From Mycobacterium phage prophiT36-2b, in the sequence record OQ417968.1: 37,655 nucleotides of DNA, one strand, 5' to 3'. Shown in pieces: positions 1-8,210 of the stretch. The notes beneath the pieces are model-generated. The model was not told where the DNA came from. It searched no databases and was given only the letters and a program-made list of their open reading frames with translations. The position numbers and the translations under genes are program-made. Position 1 is the first letter of the stretch. Each line of letters starts with the position of its first letter.

Positions 1-33
1 GTAATGAATAGGTCCGGGGTTGGCTTCCCCTGG
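1..33. repeat. attL: attL core: imperfect direct repeat of 37616-37648 (positions 1-14 identical, ~30/33 overall). Reads as the 3' half of a tRNA (acceptor/T-arm) beginning in the anticodon loop region
   Basis: Direct comparison: gtaatgaataggtcCggggttGgCttcccctgg versus gtaatgaataggtcAggggttCgAttcccctgg. Confidence 0.75.
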
Positions 34-318
34 ATTGTCATCGCCGCCGCCGGGGCCACGGCCCGGAACGGGCTTTATCCCGGCCGTCACGTAGATGTAT
101 GAAATCCCGGTACCTGCGCAGGCGCGATCAAGCTCGTCCACTGCCCATGCGACCTTGCCTGAGATTCGAGTAGACATCGCCTGGGGCGAGATTCCCACCG
201 CGCGGGCCAGTTCGGTGTACTTGATCCGTCTGCCCGCGCACTCTTCACGGATGCGGCGGGCCACGGCAGCAGCCCGCGATTCGCCGCGATCACCATCAAC
301 AGCCATCAAGGTCGTCAT
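1..318 (-). CDS. Prophage repressor, XRE-family HTH. Integration-truncated form whose ORF runs off the left window edge through attL (>=106 codons here)
   Basis: Manual translation of minus frame from ATG 318-316: MTTLMAVDGDRGESRAAAVARRIREECAGRRIKYTELARAVGISPQAMSTRISGKVAWAVDELDRACAGTGISYIYVTAGIKPVPGRGPGGGDDNPGEANPGPIHY... with no stop before position 1. HTH motif IKYTELARAVGISPQAMSTRISG. Absent from the ORF track because no in-window stop. Divergent from the cro-like gene. Confidence 0.7.
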   Translation of the reverse strand, partial: MTTLMAVDGDRGESRAAAVARRIREECAGRRIKYTELARAVGISPQAMSTRISGKVAWAVDELDRACAGTGISYIYVTAGIKPVPGRGPGGGDDNPGEANPGPIHY

Positions 319-416
319 GAGGTGAACTTTAGGTCATTTCTGTTGCAAAGTCTATCGCTCAGCGGTAGTCATCTACGACACGCCGTAGAAATTCACGTCG
401 ATGGACTTGCGTCGAA

Positions 417-433
417 CTACTGCTGAGCAGTAG
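417..433. promoter_or_regulatory. 17-bp palindrome CTACTGCT-G-AGCAGTAG (8-bp arms), 10 bp upstream of the cro ATG. Additional GTAG(A/T)(A/T)C half-sites at ~365-376 and 388-395 in the rep-cro intergenic region. Candidate operator(s) / divergent promoters
   Basis: Read directly from sequence 319-443. Confidence 0.45.
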
Positions 434-443
434 AACTACATGC

Positions 444-677
444 ATGTCACTAATGACTACTGATCAGCGAGTGGCGGCGAATGTGCGGGCTGAGTTAGCC
501 CGTAGGCGGGTCAACCGGCAAGCCCTGGCCAAGGCGATGGGTATCGGCCCGATGGCCGTTTCGCGCCGGATGTCTGGTCAGGTTTCGTTTTCGATCGCCG
601 AGCTATTCCAAGTCGCTGAAATCCTGAAAGTTGACATCGCGGCACTCATCGCGATCGATCAGGCGATTGCATCGTGA
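444..677 (+). CDS. Cro-like HTH (XRE family) transcriptional regulator, 77 aa
   Basis: ORF track. HTH ALAKAMGIGPMAVSRRMSGQVSFSIAELFQVAEIL. Divergent to the repressor. Confidence 0.7.
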   Translation: MSLMTTDQRVAANVRAELARRRVNRQALAKAMGIGPMAVSRRMSGQVSFSIAELFQVAEILKVDIAALIAIDQAIAS

Positions 678-850
678 ACTGCGATCAGCCCAAGGCTGCG
701 GTGCCTCTGGGCGACTTTGGCATGCCCGGAGTTCCCCAGCCCTGACCCGCCCGCCAAACAACTGAATACGGAAATACCCCAGGGCCGGGCACCTCTGCCA
801 AGAACCACCCGGACCCTGGGGCCACTGCAACCAGGATAGGAGCCCCTGGC

Positions 851-1147
851 ATGTCCCACCGTAACCCCGACAGCTATCAGCGCGTCGGAACTATCCGGGC
901 CGCAATCATGCGACACGCCTTCTGGACCGTGGCCGCGCTGGCCCTCATCTACGCGCTCGTCATGCTATTCGCCTACCAGTACACGCAATTCGTCATCTGC
1001 ATGGCGCTCGTGCTGGTCGCGTCCTGCATTGATCTGTGGGTGCATCGTCGCGGGCGTTACCGCGACCGATCAGCCACATTGCTGCTGTCCGCAGTGGTGG
1101 GCATCGCGGTAACGGCAGTCCTCGCGCAGGTGGGGGTGACCGCGTGA
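851..1147 (+). CDS. Small membrane protein (2-3 TM helices), 98 aa
   Basis: ORF track. Hydrophobic segments. RBS aggataggag upstream. Confidence 0.55.
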   Translation: MSHRNPDSYQRVGTIRAAIMRHAFWTVAALALIYALVMLFAYQYTQFVICMALVLVASCIDLWVHRRGRYRDRSATLLLSAVVGIAVTAVLAQVGVTA

Positions 1148-1383
1148 AGCTCATGCAGCTGTTCGAGTTCCGGCGCCGCATCCCTGACTCGCGGAATGTG
1201 TTGCAGCTCAACAAGAGTATCGACAAGGCGGGCTCCGTCATGGATATGTTCGCCGAGACTGCCGACGCTGCCGGGTTTGATCTGGGGGCCGACGCCGATG
1301 GTGTCGAACTGGCGCTGGTGGACTTCTTCACGGACCGCGATGCGCGGGAGCAGGCGAGCGCCGCGCTCAGGGCGGGTGCCTAA
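1144..1383 (+). CDS. Hypothetical protein (~79 aa)
   Basis: GTGA start/stop overlap with upstream gene. Acidic C-terminus. The track ORF 1036..1383 was trimmed to the coupled start. Confidence 0.45.
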   Translation: MKLMQLFEFRRRIPDSRNVLQLNKSIDKAGSVMDMFAETADAAGFDLGADADGVELALVDFFTDRDAREQASAALRAGA

Positions 1384-1613
1384 TGCAGCAGCCCACCAAG
1401 GCATTTGCCGACATGATGCTTGAACTCGCCGACCGGCTACAGGCAGTCCTGACCGAGATATACCCGGACGGGAACAATCAAGGCAGTCTGATCGTCAGCC
1501 CGGACTCGTTGCGGGCGGCTGGCCGACACTACGCGGCCCTGGCCGAGCAGCGCCGGGTGGAGATTCTGGCGCAGCTCAGGAAGTTCCAAGCCGAGCGCAG
1601 GCCCCCGCAGTGA
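1383..1613 (+). CDS. Hypothetical protein, 76 aa
   Basis: ORF track. TAATG overlap coupling. Confidence 0.5.
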   Translation: MQQPTKAFADMMLELADRLQAVLTEIYPDGNNQGSLIVSPDSLRAAGRHYAALAEQRRVEILAQLRKFQAERRPPQ

Positions 1614-1942
1614 TCGGCATGATTCCTGGTCGCAAGTTTATTGATGACCTTGGCAGACAGTGGGAATGGTGCGGAGGTCGGCCCGGAACATGGGCATGGC
1701 GCCTCACCGCGTTGCCCTGTGAAGGCCACAGCGCAGACCTGGCCGACCATCAGCCGATCGGCGAATATCCACCAATCGATATGTACGACCTGGTGCCCAT
1801 TGAGCGGAAAGTCGGGGCGCTTATGGCTGTGCAGCTCGCGTGCGAGGCGCTTTCCAGCTTCATCGGCGTGGAGCTATTACCAGGATTCACAGACGATTTC
1901 GCGGCGGTCCTGCGGCTACCGCCCGCCGCGTCCAACATCTAG
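1610..1942 (+). CDS. Hypothetical protein, 110 aa
   Basis: ORF track. GTGA overlap with upstream gene. Confidence 0.5.
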   Translation: MIGMIPGRKFIDDLGRQWEWCGGRPGTWAWRLTALPCEGHSADLADHQPIGEYPPIDMYDLVPIERKVGALMAVQLACEALSSFIGVELLPGFTDDFAAVLRLPPAASNI

Positions 1943-1957
1943 CAGGGAGGCCCGTTC

Positions 1958-2275
1958 ATGTCACGTTCCGAAGACCCGACCCTTGTCAATCTGGAAACAG
2001 CCGCCAGCGCATCGGGCGAAATCACTTCCATGACAGGTGATTCCATCGAAATACAGGGGAACTTCACCCCTGGTCAGGCATTGGTGCTACGCCCCGGCGC
2101 AAGGGTGTTCGTCCTGGCCGTCGATGACGCCATCGAGATCCTTGACGGCCTCACCGCCGACGCCGCCGCCGAGGCCGCAGCTGCCGCCGCCGCTAAAGCC
2201 GCCCATGAGGTCGCTAAGGCGGTCGCTACCGCCGCAGGACAGGCGGTCGAGAAGATACAGGCTGGTCTCGAATGA
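1958..2275 (+). CDS. Hypothetical protein, Ala-rich C-terminus, 105 aa
   Basis: ORF track. RBS agcagggagg. Confidence 0.5.
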   Translation: MSRSEDPTLVNLETAASASGEITSMTGDSIEIQGNFTPGQALVLRPGARVFVLAVDDAIEILDGLTADAAAEAAAAAAAKAAHEVAKAVATAAGQAVEKIQAGLE

Positions 2276-3420
2276 AGTTTGCGATCGACACCGATCTTCT
2301 CGCCGAGACCATCGCGGCGGCAATCAGTTCCGTGCCATCGCGCCCGACCTCGCCGGTCCTGGGCGGTGTGTTGATCGAAGCACAGATTGGCGCGGTCACG
2401 ATGTCTAGTTTCAACTACGACCGCGCCACCAAGCGCACCGCGCCCGCTATGGACGTTGCCGAGCCTGACACCGTTGTTGTCTCGGGCAAGCTGCTGGGGG
2501 CGATCGGGGGCAACCTGCCCCGCAACAAAGACGCCACCGTTGACGTGAGCGGCCAAGAAATGGTTATCACGGCTGGCCGCACCGCGTTCCGGCTCCCGCT
2601 GCTGCACGCCGAGGACTACCCGAACCTGCCGATCATGAAACCCGACGAGGACACCATCGGGACGGTCGATGGTGACACGTTCGCCGAGGCCGTCCAAGTC
2701 ATCGGCGCGTTGGCCTCCACCGACGAACAGCCCGCCAATCTCACCGGCATCAACCTCACTTTCAGCTCAAACGGGTTGTGGCTGTGCGCTACTGACCGAT
2801 ACATCGTTGGTCGGCGCCGCCTGGACTGGGCGGGCAACACGCAGGCTCAGGCCCTTGTCCCGGCTGCCGATCTGCTCGCAACAATCAAGGCAGTGGCAGG
2901 CCCGGCCCCCGAAGATGTCGAAATCCTGCTGCGCAACGGATCGATGTTTGGTCTGCGCACCTCGGCGACCACCGTCATGACCAGTTGCCTCGGTGAGGAA
3001 TTCCCGCCGATGGAAAGGGTACTGACGCCCGCTGTCTATTCCGCGGTGTCCACCGTGCCCACGGCGGAGCTGGCCTACATGCTGCGGCGGGCGTCGTCCA
3101 TCGCCGACGACGGCTACGCCCAGATTGACATCGAAGTCGATGCCGGGGGCCTGTCGGTCACCACCACCAAGAGCGCGACCGGCAAGGTCAACGACAGCAT
3201 TGCCTCTGAGCACCAAGGTGATTACCGCCGCGTCGCTTTGTCGTCGCGGCGCCTGCACAGCGCGCTATCGGTGGTTGATGACCCCGAGGTGAGCTTGGGT
3301 TTCCGCGCGACCGGACATCTGGTCGGTATCCACCCTGGCGCACTGGAGCGCACAGACGACGAAGTTGACCTGCTGGCGTGCAACAACTTCGCCCTACTCA
3401 TGGGGATTTCAGGCAAGTGA
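2272..3420 (+). CDS. dnaN: DNA polymerase III beta sliding clamp homologue (DnaN-like), 382 aa
   Basis: Pattern matches to mycobacterial DnaN: PVLGGVLI, TAFRLPLLHAEDYPNLP, LTGINLTF...ATDRYIVGRRRLDW, ALVPAADLL. ATGA overlap start. Confidence 0.8.
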   Translation: MKFAIDTDLLAETIAAAISSVPSRPTSPVLGGVLIEAQIGAVTMSSFNYDRATKRTAPAMDVAEPDTVVVSGKLLGAIGGNLPRNKDATVDVSGQEMVITAGRTAFRLPLLHAEDYPNLPIMKPDEDTIGTVDGDTFAEAVQVIGALASTDEQPANLTGINLTFSSNGLWLCATDRYIVGRRRLDWAGNTQAQALVPAADLLATIKAVAGPAPEDVEILLRNGSMFGLRTSATTVMTSCLGEEFPPMERVLTPAVYSAVSTVPTAELAYMLRRASSIADDGYAQIDIEVDAGGLSVTTTKSATGKVNDSIASEHQGDYRRVALSSRRLHSALSVVDDPEVSLGFRATGHLVGIHPGALERTDDEVDLLACNNFALLMGISGK

Positions 3421-3590
3421 TGGCAACCTGCGCCGCTCCCGCAGGAGCCCCAGTACACATCTACCGCTTCTATGCCTGGCAGCGCGGGAAGTGTGACGGC
3501 GGTTGCGGATTCCAACTCAAACCAGGCGACCTCGTAACCAGACGCGGCAATGAATTCAGCTGCAACACATGCGCAGAAAGGTGGAACTGA
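3420..3590 (+). CDS. Small Cys-rich (zinc-ribbon-like) protein, ~56 aa
   Basis: TGATGG overlap with dnaN-like stop. CDGGCG...CNTC motif. Trimmed from track ORF 3378..3590. Confidence 0.4.
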   Translation: MATCAAPAGAPVHIYRFYAWQRGKCDGGCGFQLKPGDLVTRRGNEFSCNTCAERWN

Positions 3591-3745
3591 TGGGCGAGCG
3601 ACGACGCATCAACCTTGACGGGGCCGAAGACAGGCTAGGCGGCGACGACTTGGATATCAGGACCGCGACGGCTATGGCGCTGATCGACATTGCCGAGACG
3701 TTGCGAGACATCTACGACTCCATGCCGTCAAGGTGGGACTGACTG
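3590..3745 (+). CDS. Small hypothetical protein (51 aa)
   Basis: Manual translation MGERRRINLDGAEDRLGGDDLDIRTATAMALIDIAETLRDIYDSMPSRWD. Tightly packed in the operon (TGATG overlap upstream, next ATG 1 nt after stop). Below track length cutoff. Confidence 0.4.
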
Positions 3746-4486
3746 ATGACCCACAGCGCTACACGGTTCTTCTGGTCGTGGCTGATCGGCTCGGCGGCGT
3801 TCTCCATCCTTGGTGTCGTCACGCACGCGATCCTCGGTGATGCGCGCTCGGCGCTGATCGCCTCGGTGCTCGCGGTCGGCATCGTGGTGATCCAGCTGTG
3901 CGCCACGTACGGCGTGCACGCCTTGGTTCAGGAACGCATCACCGGCGCCGCGTACCGGTGGGCGCTGGCGATCGCCGTAGCGCTGGCCCTCGGTGCGTTC
4001 GTGCTCAACTTCGTGGCGCTGCGCGATCTGGTGATCACCTGGGCGGGCACCGCGCCCGTCATCGCGTGGATCGTGCCGCTAATCATCGACCTGGGTATGA
4101 CGGCGAGCACTCTGGCGATACTGGCGCTCACCGACGCGCAACGCACCGAACAACTGCACGCATCGGCGCATCCTGCCGCACAACCAGCGGCCACGGTGCA
4201 CGTCGAAGTACACAACACGGTGCGCACCGAAGCGCATGCCCTCGCGCAACCCGCGCAGGCCGGTGTGCAGTCCGATCAGGCTGCCGTGCATGCTGCGGTC
4301 GCTGCACGCCTCACCGCTGCGGGCGTGGTGCGCATCGCCCCTGAACGCATCGTGAACGTCCTTGACGCGCACGCCGAGGGGATCAGGCCGGGAACCATCG
4401 CGCGATCCCTGGGTGTCGGGTTCAGCACCGTCAAGAACATCGTCGCGGCGCTCGCGGTCGAAGGGGCCGACCCCCATGGCGCCTAA
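3746..4486 (+). CDS. Membrane protein (4 predicted TM) with C-terminal HTH domain, 246 aa
   Basis: ORF track. Hydrophobic N-half. C-terminal IARSLGVGFSTVKNIV HTH. Confidence 0.6.
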   Translation: MTHSATRFFWSWLIGSAAFSILGVVTHAILGDARSALIASVLAVGIVVIQLCATYGVHALVQERITGAAYRWALAIAVALALGAFVLNFVALRDLVITWAGTAPVIAWIVPLIIDLGMTASTLAILALTDAQRTEQLHASAHPAAQPAATVHVEVHNTVRTEAHALAQPAQAGVQSDQAAVHAAVAARLTAAGVVRIAPERIVNVLDAHAEGIRPGTIARSLGVGFSTVKNIVAALAVEGADPHGA

Positions 4487-4727
4487 CGCACCGGCACCCG
4501 TGGTGCGCCGCATGTTCGCCCTGTTCCGCGAGGGCGGCGTGCAGCCGCGCCCGGACCGTCTTGCCGTCGCGTCATACATCACATGGCGGCGCATCGGGTC
4601 CACCGATGACCTTGCCGAGGACGACATTCGGGCGATCGTCGCGACGCTGGAGTACTGGCGTTTGGCCGGCCAAATCGAGTACAGGTGCCGCCGCATCGCC
4701 GAATCAATGCAGGAGGTGCCAGCGTAG
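4476..4727 (+). CDS. Hypothetical protein (~83 aa)
   Basis: Internal ATG of track ORF 4362..4727, overlapping the upstream stop by 11 nt. Confidence 0.45.
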   Translation: MAPNAPAPVVRRMFALFREGGVQPRPDRLAVASYITWRRIGSTDDLAEDDIRAIVATLEYWRLAGQIEYRCRRIAESMQEVPA

Positions 4728-5582
4728 ATGCTCACATTCGAGAACCGCCGCAAGTGGACTCGCCTAGTCCTGCGGATGCCCAGCGCCGAGCTGTCCGCGT
4801 CGTGCAAGACGGTCCTGCTGGCGCTGGAAAGCTACGCGGACTACCGCGACGGCACCGGGGCACACCCTGGCGAGGAGAACCTCTCCAAGGCAGCCGACGT
4901 GAACGTGCGAACCGTGCGGCGTGCACTGGCCACAGGGCGCGCGCTGGGACTGATCGAACAGACATCGGCGGCAAACTCAAAGGCGGGCAAGGCAGCCGAA
5001 TATAGCCTCACCCTGCCGGGGATCGCGGACGTTACGACCGGACACCCGAGTCCTGTGGACAACTCCACGACCGGACACCTCAGTCCTGTGAACAACTCCA
5101 CGACCGGACACCACAGTCCTGTCGAAACAGTCCACGACCGGACAAATGCGACGCCACGACCGGACACTGGTGTCCTCCCACCTAAGCCCTACACCAATAA
5201 CCTAGGGGTGTTACTTAACTCGGGTACCTCACCAGCCCCGCGCATCGCCGAGGACACACACCCCGAGCCTCCTTCGCGATTCTGCGATGAGCACCCGATG
5301 GGAACTCGGGTCAACTGCGGCAAGTGCGGCAACGCGCGAACTGCGTTCGACGCCTGGCAAGCTCACCAGGCCGTCCGCGATGTCGAGATCGCCCAGTCCG
5401 ACACCCGACGCCGCCATGAGCAGCGCGTCAACTGCCCGTGGTGCCATGGCACCAACGTCCGCGACATCGGCGCTGACCTCGTGGAGAAATGCGACCACCA
5501 GGAGCCTCCACGATCCCGTAGAACCCTCTCGCTGGTCCCACCGCTGCCGAGTGGACCCGAAAACGTCAGGGCGGCGCAGTGA
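4728..5582 (+). CDS. Winged-HTH DNA-binding protein with C-terminal zinc-finger motifs (replication-initiator-like), 284 aa. Contains internal 33-bp tandem repeats
   Basis: ORF track. wHTH TVLLALESYADYRDG...LSKAADVNVRTVRRALATGRALGLIEQ. CGKC...CPWC motifs. TAGATG coupling. Confidence 0.6.
   Translation: MLTFENRRKWTRLVLRMPSAELSASCKTVLLALESYADYRDGTGAHPGEENLSKAADVNVRTVRRALATGRALGLIEQTSAANSKAGKAAEYSLTLPGIADVTTGHPSPVDNSTTGHLSPVNNSTTGHHSPVETVHDRTNATPRPDTGVLPPKPYTNNLGVLLNSGTSPAPRIAEDTHPEPPSRFCDEHPMGTRVNCGKCGNARTAFDAWQAHQAVRDVEIAQSDTRRRHEQRVNCPWCHGTNVRDIGADLVEKCDHQEPPRSRRTLSLVPPLPSGPENVRAAQ
5034..5176. repeat. Iteron-like array: five copies of ACGACCGGACA at 33-bp spacing (first three units near-perfect over 33 bp), ending in the perfect palindrome GGACACTGGTGTCC (5162-5175). 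Candidate origin/operator array inside the initiator-like gene
   Basis: Copies start at 5034, 5067, 5100, 5134, 5156. Translated as TTGHPSPVDNS-type peptide repeats. Confidence 0.55.
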
Positions 5583-5818
5583 GCCCGCAATCCGGCCCCG
5601 CCGACACAGACGCCGACCCCGCCGCATTCGTACGCGGACCCGGCAGGCGTCGCCGCAGCGCACCGGGACCGGTCTACGACGCCTACGCGGTCAACGGCGC
5701 CATCAACCGCACCTGCCCGACATGCCAGGCACTGCCCATGCAGTACTGCCAAGGCCCCAACGGTGCCCTGCGCAAAAGCCCCTGCCAGAAACGACTTTCA
5801 GAGAGGCAAGACAGCTGA
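5579..5818 (+). CDS. Small Cys-rich protein (CPTC...C...C), 79 aa
   Basis: ORF track. GTGA overlap with upstream stop. Confidence 0.45.
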   Translation: MSPQSGPADTDADPAAFVRGPGRRRRSAPGPVYDAYAVNGAINRTCPTCQALPMQYCQGPNGALRKSPCQKRLSERQDS

Positions 5819-6693
5819 TGACGACCGAGTGCCGCAACAAAGCCTGCAAGCGCGCATCGCAGCTGTTCCTGTGCGACGACTGCACCACGGTCCTGCGCAA
5901 CATGCTCGACCAGGTGCCCGCTCTGCTGGCCGAACTCGATGCCCGCATCCAGAAGCTCGACCGCGTACCGCACGGCACCATCGGGCGCCGCCGTGGACCG
6001 TCAGATCTGAACGTTATGGACTTCGATGCCGTCGAGACCGCCCGTGAAACCCGAAAGATGCTGCGCCGCTGGGTCGCAACCGTCGCCGAGCAGCACAACG
6101 GGCGGCGCCCGCCTGGCCTAGACACCGTGGAAACCCGCATGTTCGCCCGCTGGCTACAGGTCAACGCCGATGCCATCGCACGACTCGAAATCGCCGGAAA
6201 GATCTACGACGACATCAAGAAGTTGGTGGGCTCCGATCAACGAGGTGGCCAGCTCGTGCGGGCCATCGACCGACGCGAACGGCACTTCGCCGGGGCATGC
6301 CCGACCATCACGGGATGGGACGCGCACGGTCGCGTCATCGAGTGCGGAGAAATCCTCTACGACGAATACGGCGACAGGACAATCGATTGCCCAACCTGCG
6401 GGCAGGAAATCGACGTAAAACGCAACCAGGTTAAGGCCCTCGCCACCCGCGACCTCATGCCGTCAGACGCATTGCTCGAAGCCCTTGAAAACGCGGGGGA
6501 CACGATCGAGGCCGAACAGATCGAACGCTGGATCGCCATCAAACGGCTACGCCCACGTGGCTACATGCACCAAGGGAAATTCGTCAAAACCCGTGTGCAA
6601 GAGGCTGATAGCGCTCTATACAGCTTCGAGAATGCACGCAGACTGCTACGAAAAGACAACCGGCACAGCATGAAACAGAAAGTGAACCGATGA
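5818..6693 (+). CDS. Hypothetical protein with several CxxC zinc-ribbon motifs (~291 aa)
   Basis: In-frame ATG of track ORF 5287..6693 that overlaps the upstream stop (TGATG). The longer N-terminal extension overlaps gene 4728..5582 and is Arg/Pro-rich, typical of a wrong frame. Confidence 0.55.
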   Translation: MTTECRNKACKRASQLFLCDDCTTVLRNMLDQVPALLAELDARIQKLDRVPHGTIGRRRGPSDLNVMDFDAVETARETRKMLRRWVATVAEQHNGRRPPGLDTVETRMFARWLQVNADAIARLEIAGKIYDDIKKLVGSDQRGGQLVRAIDRRERHFAGACPTITGWDAHGRVIECGEILYDEYGDRTIDCPTCGQEIDVKRNQVKALATRDLMPSDALLEALENAGDTIEAEQIERWIAIKRLRPRGYMHQGKFVKTRVQEADSALYSFENARRLLRKDNRHSMKQKVNR

Positions 6694-7052
6694 ACAACAC
6701 AGGAGAACAAGCCACGACCGCGATCCAAACGAGCGAGCTTGATCTACTGGAAGCCGAGGTGGCGGCCGAGTACTTCGCTCTGGTTGCCGAACGCACGCCG
6801 GGTGATGCCTTCCACCCGGTGAGGACGAAGTGGCTGCGGGTCGACCGACCAGGTCTTCCGCTGGTTCCTTTCGACATGCAATTCCCGCGTGAGCAATGGG
6901 CAATCGTGCCCGCACGCCGCATGGTCACACTGCTGTTGGTGCGCAGGGTAATCGCGCTGCTACACGACAAGCCCAACCACCCGCAGGCTGCCGAGCTGTA
7001 TCAACAGCTCGGGTTCTTGTGGTTGTACGGCGGAAAGATACGGGTGGCCTGA
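6690..7052 (+). CDS. Hypothetical protein, 120 aa
   Basis: ORF track. ATGA overlap. Confidence 0.5.
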   Translation: MNNTGEQATTAIQTSELDLLEAEVAAEYFALVAERTPGDAFHPVRTKWLRVDRPGLPLVPFDMQFPREQWAIVPARRMVTLLLVRRVIALLHDKPNHPQAAELYQQLGFLWLYGGKIRVA

Positions 7053-7267
7053 TGATGTGCGCGCTGTGCTGCGCGGATCGGCACGAAAGACCGCGCCTCG
7101 GCTGCCCTGGTGCGAATGCCACTGGCCCGCAACGCATCAGATGGAATTGGAATGTCAAGTACCGCAAGGGAACAAGCCGAACGGTTCGATTCAACTCGCA
7201 CGCGATCGTGACACTGTATGACGCGAACTGGCAGCCTCTCGCGACCCTTGTCAGACCCCCGGCATAG
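7052..7267 (+). CDS. Hypothetical protein (~71 aa)
   Basis: In-frame ATG overlapping upstream stop (TGATG). Trimmed from track ORF 6896..7267. Confidence 0.35.
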   Translation: MMCALCCADRHERPRLGCPGANATGPQRIRWNWNVKYRKGTSRTVRFNSHAIVTLYDANWQPLATLVRPPA

Positions 7268-7276
7268 AACTGTCCG

Positions 7277-7684
7277 ATGGACGCACGCAAGGCTATTCGC
7301 GAGGTCATCGAGAGCATCCCGCACCTGTTCGGAGTGACCCGAAGGGCGACTATTGGCGCCGAGGGTCAGACCGAGACCGTTGTCTACACCCAAGCCCAGG
7401 TCGCCGACATGATCGCCTCGATACTGCCCGACGCCCTAAAGGCCAAGGGCCACGTGGTTATCGAACTACCAGGTATCGAGTCGGTGTCCGATCAGCCCCG
7501 CCGCCGGTACGTCCGGGTGCCGATCACCGCACAACCCTGGTCTGACGGCGAGGTGCGCATCAGCCCGCACGACGACGAGGTGGCTATCCGCAACGTGCCC
7601 GACAGGCTGCACATGCAGGACGTTCCCGCGCTGGCCAGTGCGCTCATGGCCGCGCACTCCACGTGGCGACTGAAACGCCGATAG
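7277..7684 (+). CDS. Hypothetical protein, 135 aa
   Basis: ORF track. Confidence 0.5.
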   Translation: MDARKAIREVIESIPHLFGVTRRATIGAEGQTETVVYTQAQVADMIASILPDALKAKGHVVIELPGIESVSDQPRRRYVRVPITAQPWSDGEVRISPHDDEVAIRNVPDRLHMQDVPALASALMAAHSTWRLKRR

Positions 7685-7803
7685 GCGACAGCCGGTGAGC
7701 AACCTGCATGTCGGGCCGGGAAACACGCCGTCCGAAACGGGCTGCGCAGATATGTCCATCCTGACCTGCTAGTATTCCGTTTCGAGTCGCTACCCCCATG
7801 CCC

Positions 7804-7836
7804 GAAACCCTTCGGACCTGGGGGTTTCTTCATTTC
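7804..7836 (+). terminator. Rho-independent terminator-like hairpin (GAAACCC...GGGTTTC) followed by T-rich tract, at the end of the early operon
   Basis: Read from sequence. 170-bp gap before the HNH gene. Confidence 0.5.
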
Positions 7837-7854
7837 TAGCTACCGTCAGCGGGG

Positions 7855-8208
7855 GTGAAAATTAGGACACCAAGGGGCGCTAGGCGCACCGTTGTACGCA
7901 ACACCACGGCCCGTGACCGGCATCGGCGCATCATCGCCCGAGGACTGCCGCCAAGTCCGTTCGGGCCTAAGCCGCCGTGTTACCACTGCACCGAACCGAT
8001 CGACTACGACGCCGATCACAAGGACCCGCTGAGTTTCGAGATTGATCACCTGGTCGCGTTGGCCAACGGTGGCCCCGACACGATCGACAACATCGTGCCG
8101 TCGCATCGCAAGTGCAACCGCGACAAGTCGGACAAGGACCTTGACGAGCTGCTACCTGGTGGCGTCACGTTCGTCACCGATCGGCGTTGGTGGAACGAAG
8201 GGAGCTGA
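7855..8208 (+). CDS. HNH endonuclease, 117 aa
   Basis: HNH motif EIDHLVALANGGPDTIDNIVPSHRKCNRDK plus Cys pair CYHC. Position upstream of the terminase genes is typical of cos-phage HNH. Confidence 0.8.
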   Translation: MKIRTPRGARRTVVRNTTARDRHRRIIARGLPPSPFGPKPPCYHCTEPIDYDADHKDPLSFEIDHLVALANGGPDTIDNIVPSHRKCNRDKSDKDLDELLPGGVTFVTDRRWWNEGS

Positions 8209-8210
8209 AT

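Noticed and set aside
87-325. Track ORFs 87..299 (-) and 95..325 (+)
   Set aside because: Both are alternative frames overlapping the HTH repressor ORF. Their products are Arg/Pro/Ser-rich without motifs. The open frame through position 1 with a clear HTH is the real gene.
5287-5817. N-terminal 177 codons of the long ORF 5287..6693
   Set aside because: Overlaps gene 4728..5582 in another frame, with Arg/Pro/Thr-rich composition typical of a high-GC wrong frame. The TGATG-coupled ATG at 5818 is the likely start.
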